NCBI GenBank assembly: GCA_963799845.1
Contig: CAWCYI010000001.1
Location: forward strand, 64,001-128,000
Origin: an uncultured Nitrososphaerota archaeon
Lineage (GTDB): Archaea; Thermoproteota; Nitrososphaeria; Nitrososphaerales; CADDZS01
DNA: 64,000 nucleotides
Direction of reading: 5' to 3'
Part shown: positions 9,581-19,109 of the stretch, piece by piece
Numbering within the stretch: position 1 is the first letter of the stretch
Layout: every line of letters starts with the position of its first letter
Translations under genes and position numbers: made by a program
Notes under the pieces: model-generated
Seen by the model: the letters and a program-made list of their open reading frames with translations, nothing else
Database searches by the model: none
What the model was told of the DNA's origin: nothing

Positions 9581-9719
9581 GGGCCGGTCGTCTAGCCTGG
9601 CTGGATTGCTGAATGCATCCTCCCTAGAATCTTTCAGATTGCCTGTGATTTGACGGATAGCTTGGTAGGATACCACTTTGGCATGGTGGGGGTCCTGGGT
9701 TCAAATCCCAGCCGGTCCA
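9581..9719 (+). tRNA. tRNA-Ala(GGC) with 65-nt D-loop intron
   Basis: GGGCCGG/CCGGTCC-A with the G3:U70 Ala determinant, anticodon arm CCACT-TTGGCAT-GGTGG, T-arm CTGGG-TTCAAAT-CCCAG; removing 9596-9660 gives a 74-nt tRNA. Confidence 0.88.
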
Positions 9720-9885
9720 CTTTCATTTGACTTTTAAAATAGGTTTTAATGTCGAGCAGATGTTGTGTTAACGCTGGTAGGACAATCAGTGCCTATTTTT
9801 CGCGCTGAGGCACCTTATGTACTTTGAATTTCTAAAATCAGATCCTGATTCTTTTTGTTGAGAAAGCAAGGAAGGATCCGAGCTA

Positions 9886-11009
9886 ACCTGGCCGACATAA
9901 GTTCATAGACACCTGTTGGTCAGAAGGAATTTCTTCATGTCAAGATGCGAGCAAAACCTTCGCGTTCGATAGTATTCTGCCAGGATTGATTTCAGTTCTT
10001 TCAATGACGTCGGAAAGGTTGGAAGCCTTGAGAGATCCTTCTCACCCTCGCGCCAACACTCCTCCATCATGTTGAACTCTGGCGAAGCTGTCGGGATCCA
10101 TCTGACTCTGAGAGTCTTCCTGTTCTTACCCAAATAATCAGTTACGATCCTGGTTTTGTGGTGTTGCCTTGCTTTGTCAAGGAAGAGATAGAGTGATCCA
10201 AACTTCCTGTGCACCTTCTTCAGGTAGTCGAGGAATGTCTCGCCATTGAATTTCTCGTACTGCCTGAAGATTTGTGTCCCGTCCAGGCTGATCGCTCCAA
10301 ACACCACGGTGTTGCCGTGCGAGCCTGACACAATCCGAATCGGTCGAATCCCTTTGACCGCCCACACCCTTTTGGTTTCTATGTTCTGGACGAAGATTGA
10401 TTCGTCTTCGGATGCTACGGTGAAGCCTTCCGGGATATTCCTGAGGAGTCTTGCGGTCCTTTTTTAAATTCGAGCCTCTCTTCGAGGGAAGCCTTGTGAA
10501 GTAACCTCTTGTCAGGGACAATTGCTCTCACTCCCCACTTCTGCATCAACCTGTAGATGTGTCTCTCAGTGTATGCCACGTCTGCTTCCTTGCGGATCAT
10601 CTCCCTGACCTCCTTCACGGTCCAGCCGCATTCGTTCTTCACGACCTTCCTCTTCACCGCAATGAACTTGTTGTGATCGAGCTTCGGAGGTCTCCCGCTC
10701 CTTTCCATCGTCTTGAGTCCTTCTAGCCCATCTTTCTCGAAACGTCTAAGCCACGGTGTCGTCCATGATTTGTGCCGGTGAACTTCCCTTGCTACGTGCG
10801 ACGCCGGGACACCCTCGTACTTGACCTTCAGAACGAGGAATATCCTCTTGCTTACGTTTGCGTCCCTCTCCTCTCTATAAGCCTCTTCAACAATCTCCTT
10901 CGGTGCCTGTAATCGAGACATACAACCTGAGATAGGAAGGGAAGTTGGCCAAAAATGAGAATGTCTAGGTCTGTGGCCCTTTCAGTCTAATAATTTATGT
11001 CGGCCAGGT
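9886..11009 (-). mobile_element. IS630-family insertion sequence
   Basis: Perfect 15-bp terminal inverted repeats ACCTGGCCGACATAA (9886-9900 / 10995-11009) flanked by TA on both sides; HTH and DDE ORFs inside. Confidence 0.93.
9903..10921 (-). CDS. IS630 transposase, two ORFs joined by a -1 frameshift near 10463
   Basis: ORF 10921-10415 has HTH domains; the -1 frame opens right after TTTAAAAAA (KRTARLLRN..SEDESIF) and carries D(ES), D(KA) and E(MMEECW). Confidence 0.88.
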
Positions 11010-11115
11010 TAGTTTAGGAGCTACTCGAGATCCTCAATATCCCGAGCTAAATTTCTATATTGGATTAGTCAATTCGTGATCTTCGCCTATTAGCATTCGA
11101 GTTCCAGAGTAAGCG

Positions 11116-11307
11116 CTAAGACTCGACCCGTTTCTCTTCCAGTAATTTGATCGCGGCGTCTAAACCATTGACAATCCATTCCATATCATTTGCCAAGTCG
11201 TAATCCTTGTTGCTGTTTGAGACGTCACGTTCAGTTGCTATACGACTGCGCTCCTGCTTGAGGTATTTTATCGCATAGTCGAGTTTGTGCTCGCCAGATT
11301 CAGCCAG
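11116..11307 (-). CDS. Small hypothetical protein (63 aa, CTG start), absent from ORF track
   Basis: SD GAGGTGA then AATTGA-CTG; (M)AESGEHKLDYAIKYLKQERSRIAT...LDAAIKLLEEKRVES*, amphipathic helical pattern. Confidence 0.55.
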   Translation of the reverse strand: MAESGEHKLDYAIKYLKQERSRIATERDVSNSNKDYDLANDMEWIVNGLDAAIKLLEEKRVES

Positions 11308-11525
11308 TCAATTTCACCTCGAATCTCCCCTCATCTTTGGCTGCTGTACTATTCCTTTGTATGTATATCCTTCGAATATTCTAGTCAAACACCTGGTTCC
11401 TTCTTCTCAGTCGTCACTCGTCTGTGCAATGCTATCCTCATTGATTACCAGAGAGTCAACAGACCACAGTCCTATTGAGCTGACGAATCTAATCGGGACC
11501 CTAAATGTGGACCAATTCAAGCATT

Positions 11526-11541
11526 AATCCCGGCCGGTCCA
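11526..11541 (+). repeat. att-like direct repeat of the tRNA-Ala 3' end
   Basis: AATCCCGGCCGGTCCA matches 9704-9719 AATCCCAGCCGGTCCA at 15/16. Confidence 0.7.
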
Positions 11542-11721
11542 ATCACGATTATCATTTACAGCATAATGATTGAAACATGAAAGCTAATTTGCGAGACAGC
11601 TCGAAAATCCTTTCGTGTCAGACGAGGCTTCGGACAATCTGCTCAAGAGATCGGAGAGGCGGAAGAAATCCAAAAAAAGGCGAAGAGGCCCTTACAGAAA
11701 ATCGAACATTCGTTCCATGGG

Positions 11722-12102
11722 CTAGCCGACCCTGTAAGCAATGACATCTACCTCGACCTTCGCATCCCTCGGCAATTTCGAAACTTCGACCGTTGATCGA
11801 GCTGGTGGCATCTCCCCGAAGAATTCACCATAGATCTTGTTGAATGTACTAAACTCGTCTATGTTTGTCAGGTAAACTGTGACCTTCAGAACTCTTGAAA
11901 GATCTGAGCCAACGGCAGCGAGAACTGCCTCAATGTTTCTGATGACCTGCCTTGTTTGTCCCTCTATTGTGGCTGCCTCAATTACTCCGGTCTTTGGGTT
12001 GAGCCCAATTTGACCAGAAAGGAAAAGAAGATCTTTGTACACGATCCCCTGAGAGTAGGGGCCAATCGCTTTCGGAGCATCGTCAGTTCTGATCGATTGC
12101 AT
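11722..12102 (-). CDS. ridA: RidA/YjgF enamine-imine deaminase
   Basis: APKAIGPYSQ, LSGQIG, PPARSTVEV, VEVDVIA. Confidence 0.95.
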   Translation of the reverse strand: MQSIRTDDAPKAIGPYSQGIVYKDLLFLSGQIGLNPKTGVIEAATIEGQTRQVIRNIEAVLAAVGSDLSRVLKVTVYLTNIDEFSTFNKIYGEFFGEMPPARSTVEVSKLPRDAKVEVDVIAYRVG

Positions 12103-12146
12103 GAAGGATAAACAATAGCGGAATCGATTAACAGCTTATCGGCTTG

Positions 12147-12281
12147 CTAGTTTTTTCTCAACGCCACGACTATTATCGCAATGCCCGCTATAGCGATCGC
12201 GAGAACGAGCGCGACGACAGGGCCGACCTGGCTAGTAGCTTGCAGAAAAACGGTCTTCAAGATTGACAGAGAATTGATCAA
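12147..12281 (-). CDS. Small single-TM membrane protein (37-44 aa), absent from ORF track
   Basis: ...KTVFLQATSQVGPVVALVLAIAIAGIAIIVVALRKN*, hydrophobic helix plus basic tail, between pncB and ridA on the same strand. Confidence 0.5.
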   Translation of the reverse strand: MINSLSILKTVFLQATSQVGPVVALVLAIAIAGIAIIVVALRKN

Positions 12282-12354
12282 TGTCCCCGACAGCTCTAGC
12301 CTTCAGCCCAAAGAGGTTAAACTTTGCGCTTTTTCCGATTCCAGTATTCTCGAG

Positions 12355-13593
12355 CTAACCTACAATCATTCTGGGCGTTCCGCTGGAAAACTGTTTCACT
12401 TTCTTTACCGTTCTTTCTCGGAGCTCGTCAACCGGGATAAAATCTCGAACTATCGCTCCGTTTCTGATCAACGGCTGGAGCAGTGGTCGATAATTCTTCG
12501 ACGGAGGTTTTGAGTCAAGAGTGATAACATCGGTCAGGGAGGCATAATCTCTGAATACATTCTTGACTCCAGAAAGGTCTCCGCGCTTTGCGGTCAGAGT
12601 CTTATTTCCTTTGTCGTCTTCTAGCAGCACGATCTTTCCTCCAAAATCCATCACCGGTGAGGTCGAAATGCTGGTTCCAATCCCGAAGCCATCAACCCAA
12701 TCTCGCAGGTCGTTGATCTCTGCTTCATCGAGCCCCCCGGAGACGAAGATCTTTACGTTCTTTCCGCCCCTCGCCTCAAGTTCCCACCGAACTTCCTGAA
12801 CGATCTTCTTGAGGTCGCCGCGACGAGAGGATGGAGTGTCGAGCCGCACCCCGTAAAGGTCGTCACCAAGGGTTTCAAGAGCCTTGATCGCGGCCATCTT
12901 CTCGTCACTGAACGTGTCGATTAGAGCGATCCTTGGAACTCGTTTGGGGATTGCTTCGTTGAAAATTTTCCATGCCCTAACCTCGTCGCCGATGCATAGT
13001 ATGAACGCGTGCGGCATGGTCCCGCTTGCTTCTTTCTTGAGCAATTTCGCTCCAAGAACATTTGATACGCTGTCGATGCCACCGATATACGAGCTCCGCT
13101 CGATCATGGCTGCAAGGGCCGGGTGGGCTCTCCTCGTCCCGAAGCTCATCCCTATTTTTCCCTGAGCTGCCAGAACGACCCTCGCAGATTTGGTGCAGAT
13201 GCCGCTTGACTGACACAGGAATCCCAGAATCGGGTTTTCATACTTTGCAAAATCTGTATATTTTCCAATTATCCGAATTACTGGCTCGTAGACGGCAAGG
13301 TTTGGGTCGGTGAGGAACACTTCACCCTCTTCCATGGAATCAACGTCTATCGGAAGGCCTTCGAGCAGCTTCGCCACCTCGTAGATTCCGCAGACGACCG
13401 CCCAGTTATCTGAAAATGGAGTCTTTCTGGTGTAGACCTCCATCGTAACTATGGGATTAATCTTCGCGAATTCGAGAGCTTCTACAGCATACTGAAAGTA
13501 TACGTCGGTTGTTACAGCATCTTTGATCTCTTTTTCCTTGGGAATCCAAAAAAGACGGTCTTCGAGATCTCGTCTCTCAGTTTTCAAATTCAA
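12355..13593 (-). CDS. pncB: Nicotinate phosphoribosyltransferase
   Basis: TDVYF, FGTRRAHP, GTMPHA, LIDTF, GVRLDTPSSRRG, VSGGLD. Confidence 0.93.
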   Translation of the reverse strand: MNLKTERRDLEDRLFWIPKEKEIKDAVTTDVYFQYAVEALEFAKINPIVTMEVYTRKTPFSDNWAVVCGIYEVAKLLEGLPIDVDSMEEGEVFLTDPNLAVYEPVIRIIGKYTDFAKYENPILGFLCQSSGICTKSARVVLAAQGKIGMSFGTRRAHPALAAMIERSSYIGGIDSVSNVLGAKLLKKEASGTMPHAFILCIGDEVRAWKIFNEAIPKRVPRIALIDTFSDEKMAAIKALETLGDDLYGVRLDTPSSRRGDLKKIVQEVRWELEARGGKNVKIFVSGGLDEAEINDLRDWVDGFGIGTSISTSPVMDFGGKIVLLEDDKGNKTLTAKRGDLSGVKNVFRDYASLTDVITLDSKPPSKNYRPLLQPLIRNGAIVRDFIPVDELRERTVKKVKQFSSGTPRMIVG

Positions 13594-13715
13594 AAATGTC
13601 CTTTTTTCTCCAACGTTGCTTGATCCGATTTAAGCAGTTGCCCCAGTAGTTTGACAGTTGTCAACGGGAAAGGAAATAAAGGCAGAAGCTCACTCATTAA
13701 TGGTAGCGTATCATT

Positions 13716-13901
13716 ATGAGTATTGACAGCCCGGATTCCCAGTCGAAGGTTTTTGGTGGAGTAATTTACGAGTGCGTAAGATGCGGAACCAAAGTGACCG
13801 CTGACGAGCTTGCACAGCTGCCGGAAATAAAATGCATCTGCGGGTATCGGGTTCTGAAGAAAGCGCGACCTCCGGTCGTGAAGCAGGTCAAATCAATCTA
13901 G
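13716..13901 (+). CDS. rpoP: RNA polymerase subunit P (Rpo12)
   Basis: YECVRCG...IKCICGYRVLKKARPPVVK Zn ribbon. Confidence 0.93.
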   Translation: MSIDSPDSQSKVFGGVIYECVRCGTKVTADELAQLPEIKCICGYRVLKKARPPVVKQVKSI

Positions 13902-13999
13902 TCTAGCCAAGCCAATACCTTTCGTTCGGCAATTGACGTAGAGCAAATAATGCCGAATTGCTTGCTTTAATTATCCTATTTTGGAATATTGATTTTCTA

Positions 14000-15037
14000 T
14001 TGAAGAGTAGCAAGGCTGTTGGCATAGACGGATATGGCGCTTATGTTCCATATTATAGACTGCCTACGGTCGAAATAGCCCGGGTCTGGCACGGCGGTGG
14101 CTCAGGTCCGAATCGGGAAAAAGCCGTTGCTTCGATCGACGAGGACACCACAACTATGGCGGTGGAAGCCGGGAGAACTGCGACCTTGATGGCGGGAGTG
14201 GGCTCGAATTTGGGAGTGATTTTTGTCGGGACAGAATCAAAAGTTTATGCGGTAAAGCCTACAGGCACCATAGTTGCCCAGGCCCTTGGTTGCCACAATG
14301 CTCTAACTGCTGATTTCGAGTTTGCTTGCAAGGCTGGAACCGAAGCCATTCAGGTCATCAGTGGTCTCGTCGGCTCGGGCATGATCGAACACGGATTGGC
14401 GATCGCCATGGACACTGCCCAGGGAAGACCGGGGGATGATTTGGAATACACGGCCGCCAGCGGAGGGGCAGCCTTTGTTATCGGAAAGTCGGACAGCGAT
14501 TCAGTCGCAAATATTTTGGGCAGCGTTTCCTATGTTTCTGATACCGGAGATTTTTGGAGGAGGCAAGGAGAAAAATATCCGAGGCACCTGTCTAGGTTTA
14601 CAGGAGAGCCGGCTTATTTTCACCACGTCGAAACGGCGGTGAAGAATCTTTTTTCTGAATTTGGGGCGAAACCTTCGGACTTTCAGTATGCCGTGTTTCA
14701 TCAACCGAATCCGAGGTTCCCGGTCGAGGCCGCGACCAGACTGGGATTTTCAATGAAGCAAATTGAAACCGGTTTGTTAAACCCCGTGATAGGAAATACG
14801 TATTCGGGGAGTTCGCCCTTGGGACTTGCCGCGGTTCTAGACGTTGCGCACCCCGGAGACAAGATCATGCTTTGTTCTTTTGGTTCAGGTGCGGGGAGTG
14901 ATGCGTTTATTATCGAGGCTCAGGAAAGCCTGCCAGCAAAACGCAAGCTAGGTATTCCTGTAAGAACTTTGGTCGAAAACAGTGCCAAAATTGATTATGC
15001 GATGTACACTAAATTACGGGAAAAACTGAGGCGCTAG
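14000..15037 (+). CDS. Archaeal hydroxymethylglutaryl-CoA synthase
   Basis: DEDTTTMAVEA, GTESKVYAVKP, FACKAGT (catalytic Cys), FHQPN, IGNTYSGS, SFGSGAGSD. Confidence 0.93.
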   Translation: MKSSKAVGIDGYGAYVPYYRLPTVEIARVWHGGGSGPNREKAVASIDEDTTTMAVEAGRTATLMAGVGSNLGVIFVGTESKVYAVKPTGTIVAQALGCHNALTADFEFACKAGTEAIQVISGLVGSGMIEHGLAIAMDTAQGRPGDDLEYTAASGGAAFVIGKSDSDSVANILGSVSYVSDTGDFWRRQGEKYPRHLSRFTGEPAYFHHVETAVKNLFSEFGAKPSDFQYAVFHQPNPRFPVEAATRLGFSMKQIETGLLNPVIGNTYSGSSPLGLAAVLDVAHPGDKIMLCSFGSGAGSDAFIIEAQESLPAKRKLGIPVRTLVENSAKIDYAMYTKLREKLRR

Positions 15038-15121
15038 CCTGACTAATCTGAATAGCCTTAACACGAATTTTTCTGTTCAATAAATTACAAAGAATGCAGA
15101 CATCGATTAGAGGCGATTCAT

Positions 15122-16266
15122 CTGTCAGCATACATCACTAGAACGGGTTTTACGAAAGTCGGTGATCACTGGGGAAAATCGATCTCTGAACTTGCCTTCG
15201 AGTCTTCTAGACCTATCTTGGAGAACGTGTCCGTAAAGCCCGATGTTGTAATAGTTTCCAATACCTATGCTGAATTGACCTCGTCCCAATCAAACCTGGG
15301 CCCGTTGATTGCTGATGTGCTCGGTCTCGAGAACATCGAGGCCCTTTCGGTCGAATCGTCTGGTGCTTCGGGCGCAGCAGCCGTTCACGTTGCGGTAAGC
15401 ATGATTGGTTCCGGGCAGGCAAAGTCCGTTTTAGTAGTAGGCGTAGAAAAGATGCGCGATCTCGAGCCTTCGAAGCTTGTCGGAATTCAGGGATTGTCTT
15501 CCAACGCAGAATATTCTCAGTTCTTCGGCATATCATTTGCTTCTTTGAACGCTCTTCTTGCAAGAATCTACATGAACGAGTACGGCGTTTCGAGAGAAAG
15601 CTGTCTGCATTTCCGGTCATAGCACACAGGAATTCTTCAACTGCGGAACATGCTCAATTCAGGAAGAAATTCACATCCGAAGAAGTTTCTAGGTCCGAGC
15701 TCGTCGCTGATCCAATTCGAGTCTTGGACTGCGCGCCTGTCGGCGATGGTGCCGCATCTTTACTACTAGTCGGCGAAGAGCTTGCAGGTACCGAGAAGTC
15801 TCCCGTACGGATCGCTGCTAGTGAGACTTCTTCATACGGTTCGAATGTGTTCGAAAGGCATCGGATGCTCCATTTTTCTTCCACTGAATCCGCGGCGAAG
15901 AGGGCATTGAAGAGTTCTGGAAAGTCTATTTCCGATATTGACTTTCTGGAAATTCATGATTCGTATTCGATACTAGCCGCACTTGAAATGGAATCTATGG
16001 GACTCTCCAAACCCGGTGATTCATGTATTGATGCCGAAGGTGGCAAGTTTGATTTGCATGGTAAATTTCCGATATCGACTTTTGGAGGGATGAAGGGAAG
16101 AGGATATCCCGTTGGGGCCGCAGGCGTATACCAGTTCTGCGAAGCTTTTGCACAGTTAACTGGGAAAGCTGGTTCAAACCAAGTCCCAGATTCTGAGACC
16201 GGGTTACTGCAGACAATGTCCGGAATTGACGAATCAAGTTATGTTCACATACTGACGAGGAGTTAG
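15122..16266 (+). CDS. Acetoacetyl-CoA thiolase (archaeal type), CTG start, single frameshift at ~15597
   Basis: N-terminus SAYITRTGFTKVGDHW from CTG 15122; one extra A in GAAAGCTG restores EKLSAFPVIAHRN...CAPVGDGAA, EIHD, GYPVGAAG; sits in the HMGS-thiolase-DUF35 cluster. Confidence 0.85.
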
Positions 16267-16280
16267 GTCGATCAAATAAA

Positions 16281-16697
16281 ATGTCAGTCCCATACTGGCG
16301 CAGTCGCGATAGATACTATCGCATCTTGGGAAACAAGTGCCAAGAATGTAATCAGGAATACTTTCCTCCCGTAAAATTGTGCAAGAAATGCGGGTCAACT
16401 ATTCTTGGAGATCTGGAAATGCCGAGGACCGGCACTTTGGTGAGCTACACCCTTCAGAAGGAAAGCGTACAGGGGTTTGAAGATCAAGAACCCATGATTT
16501 TTGGGCTCCTTAAGCTGGAAAATGGTGTCAAGATAATCGGGCAGCTGGTCGATTTGCCTTACGAATCTCTAAGAGAAGGAATGAAATTGAACGCCGTTTT
16601 CAGGAGAATAAGGGTTGACGGAGAATCGGGACAAATTTTCTATGGCTACAAGTTTGGACCGAAGAGAGAATCCAAAGAGACTTCAAATCATCCCTGA
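16281..16697 (+). CDS. DUF35 Zn-ribbon/OB-fold protein (thiolase-HMGS scaffold)
   Basis: CQEC..YFPP..CKKC, FRRI...IFYGYKF; known gene trio. Confidence 0.92.
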   Translation: MSVPYWRSRDRYYRILGNKCQECNQEYFPPVKLCKKCGSTILGDLEMPRTGTLVSYTLQKESVQGFEDQEPMIFGLLKLENGVKIIGQLVDLPYESLREGMKLNAVFRRIRVDGESGQIFYGYKFGPKRESKETSNHP

Positions 16698-16784
16698 CAT
16701 CGTTATTAATCGAATTTTTTATTTTTCATATTCAAAGTTTGAATTTCTCAATATCCATCATAGGGTTGAGGTTCTAGAAGAATT

Positions 16785-18281
16785 TTGAGCGAACCAAGAA
16801 GATCCAGTTACGAAGAGTTGCTTAGACTTGCATTGGAGCGGGGATTCTTCTTTCCTTCCGCTGAGATTTACAACGATGCGCCCGCAGGATTCTGGGAATA
16901 TGGTCCCACGGGTCTCTTGATGCGGAATAATTTTGTCCGAGAATGGCGAAGGCAGATCGTTCGGAAGGACGACATGCTTGAAATCGACGGATCTTTGATA
17001 CTTCCAAAGATCGTCTTCGAGGCCTCTGGCCATCTCTCCAGCTTGGTTGACCCGATAGTCCAGTGCACGCGTTGTGGAACCAGGATTCGCGCTGACAAGT
17101 ACATCTCCGAAAAAACCGGTTTGCAGATCGACGAGCGTCTTTCACCAGAAGAATTTCAAGCTCTGATTTCGGAGCACCATCTTCGGTGCCCAAAGTGCGG
17201 TGGCGAATTCGGAAAGCCCTCCAAATTCAACATGATGTTTAGAGTTGGAGTAGGAGCGGAGGACGTGGACGCCTATCTTAGACCGGAAACGGCGCAGAGC
17301 ATCTTCGTGGATTTCCAGAGGCTCGCGAAGACGATGAGAATGAAGCTCCCGAAAGGAGTGGCGCAGGTTGGTAAGAGTTTTCGTAACGAAATAGCTCCGA
17401 GACAGACGCTGATTAGGCTGAGGGAATTGTTGCAGGCAGAAGTTGAAGTCTTCTTCAACCCGAGCGCTCCGTTCGATCCTTCGAAATTTAAGAAAATCAA
17501 GGACGTTCAGATGAATGTCCTGACGCAGACCCAAACTGATCACGAAAACTACAGGACTCAAAAAGCGTCCGAGTCCGTCCAGGATTTTGGCGGAAGAGAA
17601 ATTATTGTCTATTATTTTTCCTTGCTTCAACAGTTCTACGAATCTTGCGGTTTTCCAAAAGACAAGACTCGATTCAGGGAGCTTTCCGCGGCCGACAGGG
17701 CATTTTACACTTCATCCGCATTTGATTTCGAGGTCAGCACAAGCCTTGGCTGGCTCGAGCTCGTGGCGTGCAATTATCGAACAGACTATGATCTTGGAAA
17801 TCATGCCAAGTATTCAAAGAAGGATCTTGAGGTGATGGACGGAGATCGCGGTAAGGTGCTGCCTCATGTCATTGAGCTCAGCCTAGGAGTGGACAGGAGC
17901 ATTTTCGCTCTCCTAGACGTGAGTTTCTACCACGAACAAAACAGGGATGTGTTGAAAGTACTCCCGAATATTGCGCCCTATCTGGCGGCTGTATTCCCGC
18001 TAATTTCGAAGCCGGAGTTCGAATCGAAATCCGAGGCATTGTACGAAACTCTGAAGGAGGAAGAGTTCAACACATTTTACGACGATTCCGGTGCCATCGG
18101 TCGGAGATATCGGAGAATGGACGAGATCGGCACGCCTTACTGCATAACCGTGGATCATCAGTCGTTGGAAGATGATACAGCGACGTTGCGAGAGCGGGAT
18201 TCCATGAACCAGTACAGGCTGAAGATCTCTGAGATTCCGGAAAAGCTTCGAACCTTACGAGATAATCCGAAGCAAAACTAG
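16785..18281 (+). CDS. glyS: Glycine-tRNA ligase (alpha2 type)
   Basis: LRPETAQSIF, GKSFRNEIAPRQ, PHVIELSLGVDR, IGRRYRRMDEIGTP. Confidence 0.95.
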   Translation: MSEPRRSSYEELLRLALERGFFFPSAEIYNDAPAGFWEYGPTGLLMRNNFVREWRRQIVRKDDMLEIDGSLILPKIVFEASGHLSSLVDPIVQCTRCGTRIRADKYISEKTGLQIDERLSPEEFQALISEHHLRCPKCGGEFGKPSKFNMMFRVGVGAEDVDAYLRPETAQSIFVDFQRLAKTMRMKLPKGVAQVGKSFRNEIAPRQTLIRLRELLQAEVEVFFNPSAPFDPSKFKKIKDVQMNVLTQTQTDHENYRTQKASESVQDFGGREIIVYYFSLLQQFYESCGFPKDKTRFRELSAADRAFYTSSAFDFEVSTSLGWLELVACNYRTDYDLGNHAKYSKKDLEVMDGDRGKVLPHVIELSLGVDRSIFALLDVSFYHEQNRDVLKVLPNIAPYLAAVFPLISKPEFESKSEALYETLKEEEFNTFYDDSGAIGRRYRRMDEIGTPYCITVDHQSLEDDTATLRERDSMNQYRLKISEIPEKLRTLRDNPKQN

Positions 18282-19100
18282 GAAGAGACCCGCAGACACA
18301 ACCGCACCCGTGAAAGTGGCAATCAGGTTGACCGCGTTGTTGTCCATGAATCTCCTCCCTGTTACGGAAACAGTCGGTTTGTCGTGATGCGACAAGCTCT
18401 CAGTCATTACGCCGCACACCTGGCATTTGTTCCGACCTTGCACTGTTCCACCCAATAGACTGTCGAAATTTGTCGCAATTATTGCGCCGAATATTACTGA
18501 AAGTACTGCTCCAGATATCAACTGGAAATCCCCCTTGATGATATCAAGCGATATGCCAATGAGAGCGATGCCGAGCGCCGAAGCCAAGCCTGCGAGTTCC
18601 CCGAGTAGCGAAACTCCTCCCGAAGTCCCGGGTGCCACGAATTTTCTCAAATTCGAAATCAACCTCGGTTTCGAGCTGCTCAGCAAGCCGATTTCGGTTG
18701 CAACCGTATCGCTCATCGCAGCTGCAATTGATCCCAAAAAAGCGACCATGAAAATATCCTGGTGAGTAACAATCTCGGCGGCCGCAGCGAGACCCGCGAT
18801 GAGTCCGTTTGCCAGAGTATTCGGCCACGATCTGACTCCTCCCTTTTCTTGAGCAGACCCCAACTTTCTCTTGTAATCATACCTGAACCTCGTAAGCACC
18901 GAAGAAATGGCGAAGAATACCACAATCACCAATAGCCAAGCTAACCCACCAGCGAGAAACGCGATGAAGCATATCAGCGCTCCCAGAAGCGCTCCTGAAA
19001 CATCGATAGCGTGCACCCTGACAGCAACAACAGCGAGCAAGAGTATCAGAATTGAGCCTGCAACTATCTGGATTTCAGGCGGGAAAGCGGGAAACGGCAT
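18255..19100 (-). CDS. DUF92/TMEM19-family membrane protein
   Basis: Multi-TM; ANG, SDTVATEIG, PGTSGGVSLLG, DSLLGGTVQ, DNNAVN. Confidence 0.9.
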   Translation of the reverse strand: MPFPAFPPEIQIVAGSILILLLAVVAVRVHAIDVSGALLGALICFIAFLAGGLAWLLVIVVFFAISSVLTRFRYDYKRKLGSAQEKGGVRSWPNTLANGLIAGLAAAAEIVTHQDIFMVAFLGSIAAAMSDTVATEIGLLSSSKPRLISNLRKFVAPGTSGGVSLLGELAGLASALGIALIGISLDIIKGDFQLISGAVLSVIFGAIIATNFDSLLGGTVQGRNKCQVCGVMTESLSHHDKPTVSVTGRRFMDNNAVNLIATFTGAVVSAGLFLVLLRIIS

Positions 19101-19109
19101 ATACAGGAA

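Noticed and set aside
10177-10521. 114-aa ORF inside IS630
   Set aside because: Wrong frame; the DDE domain is in the -1 frame
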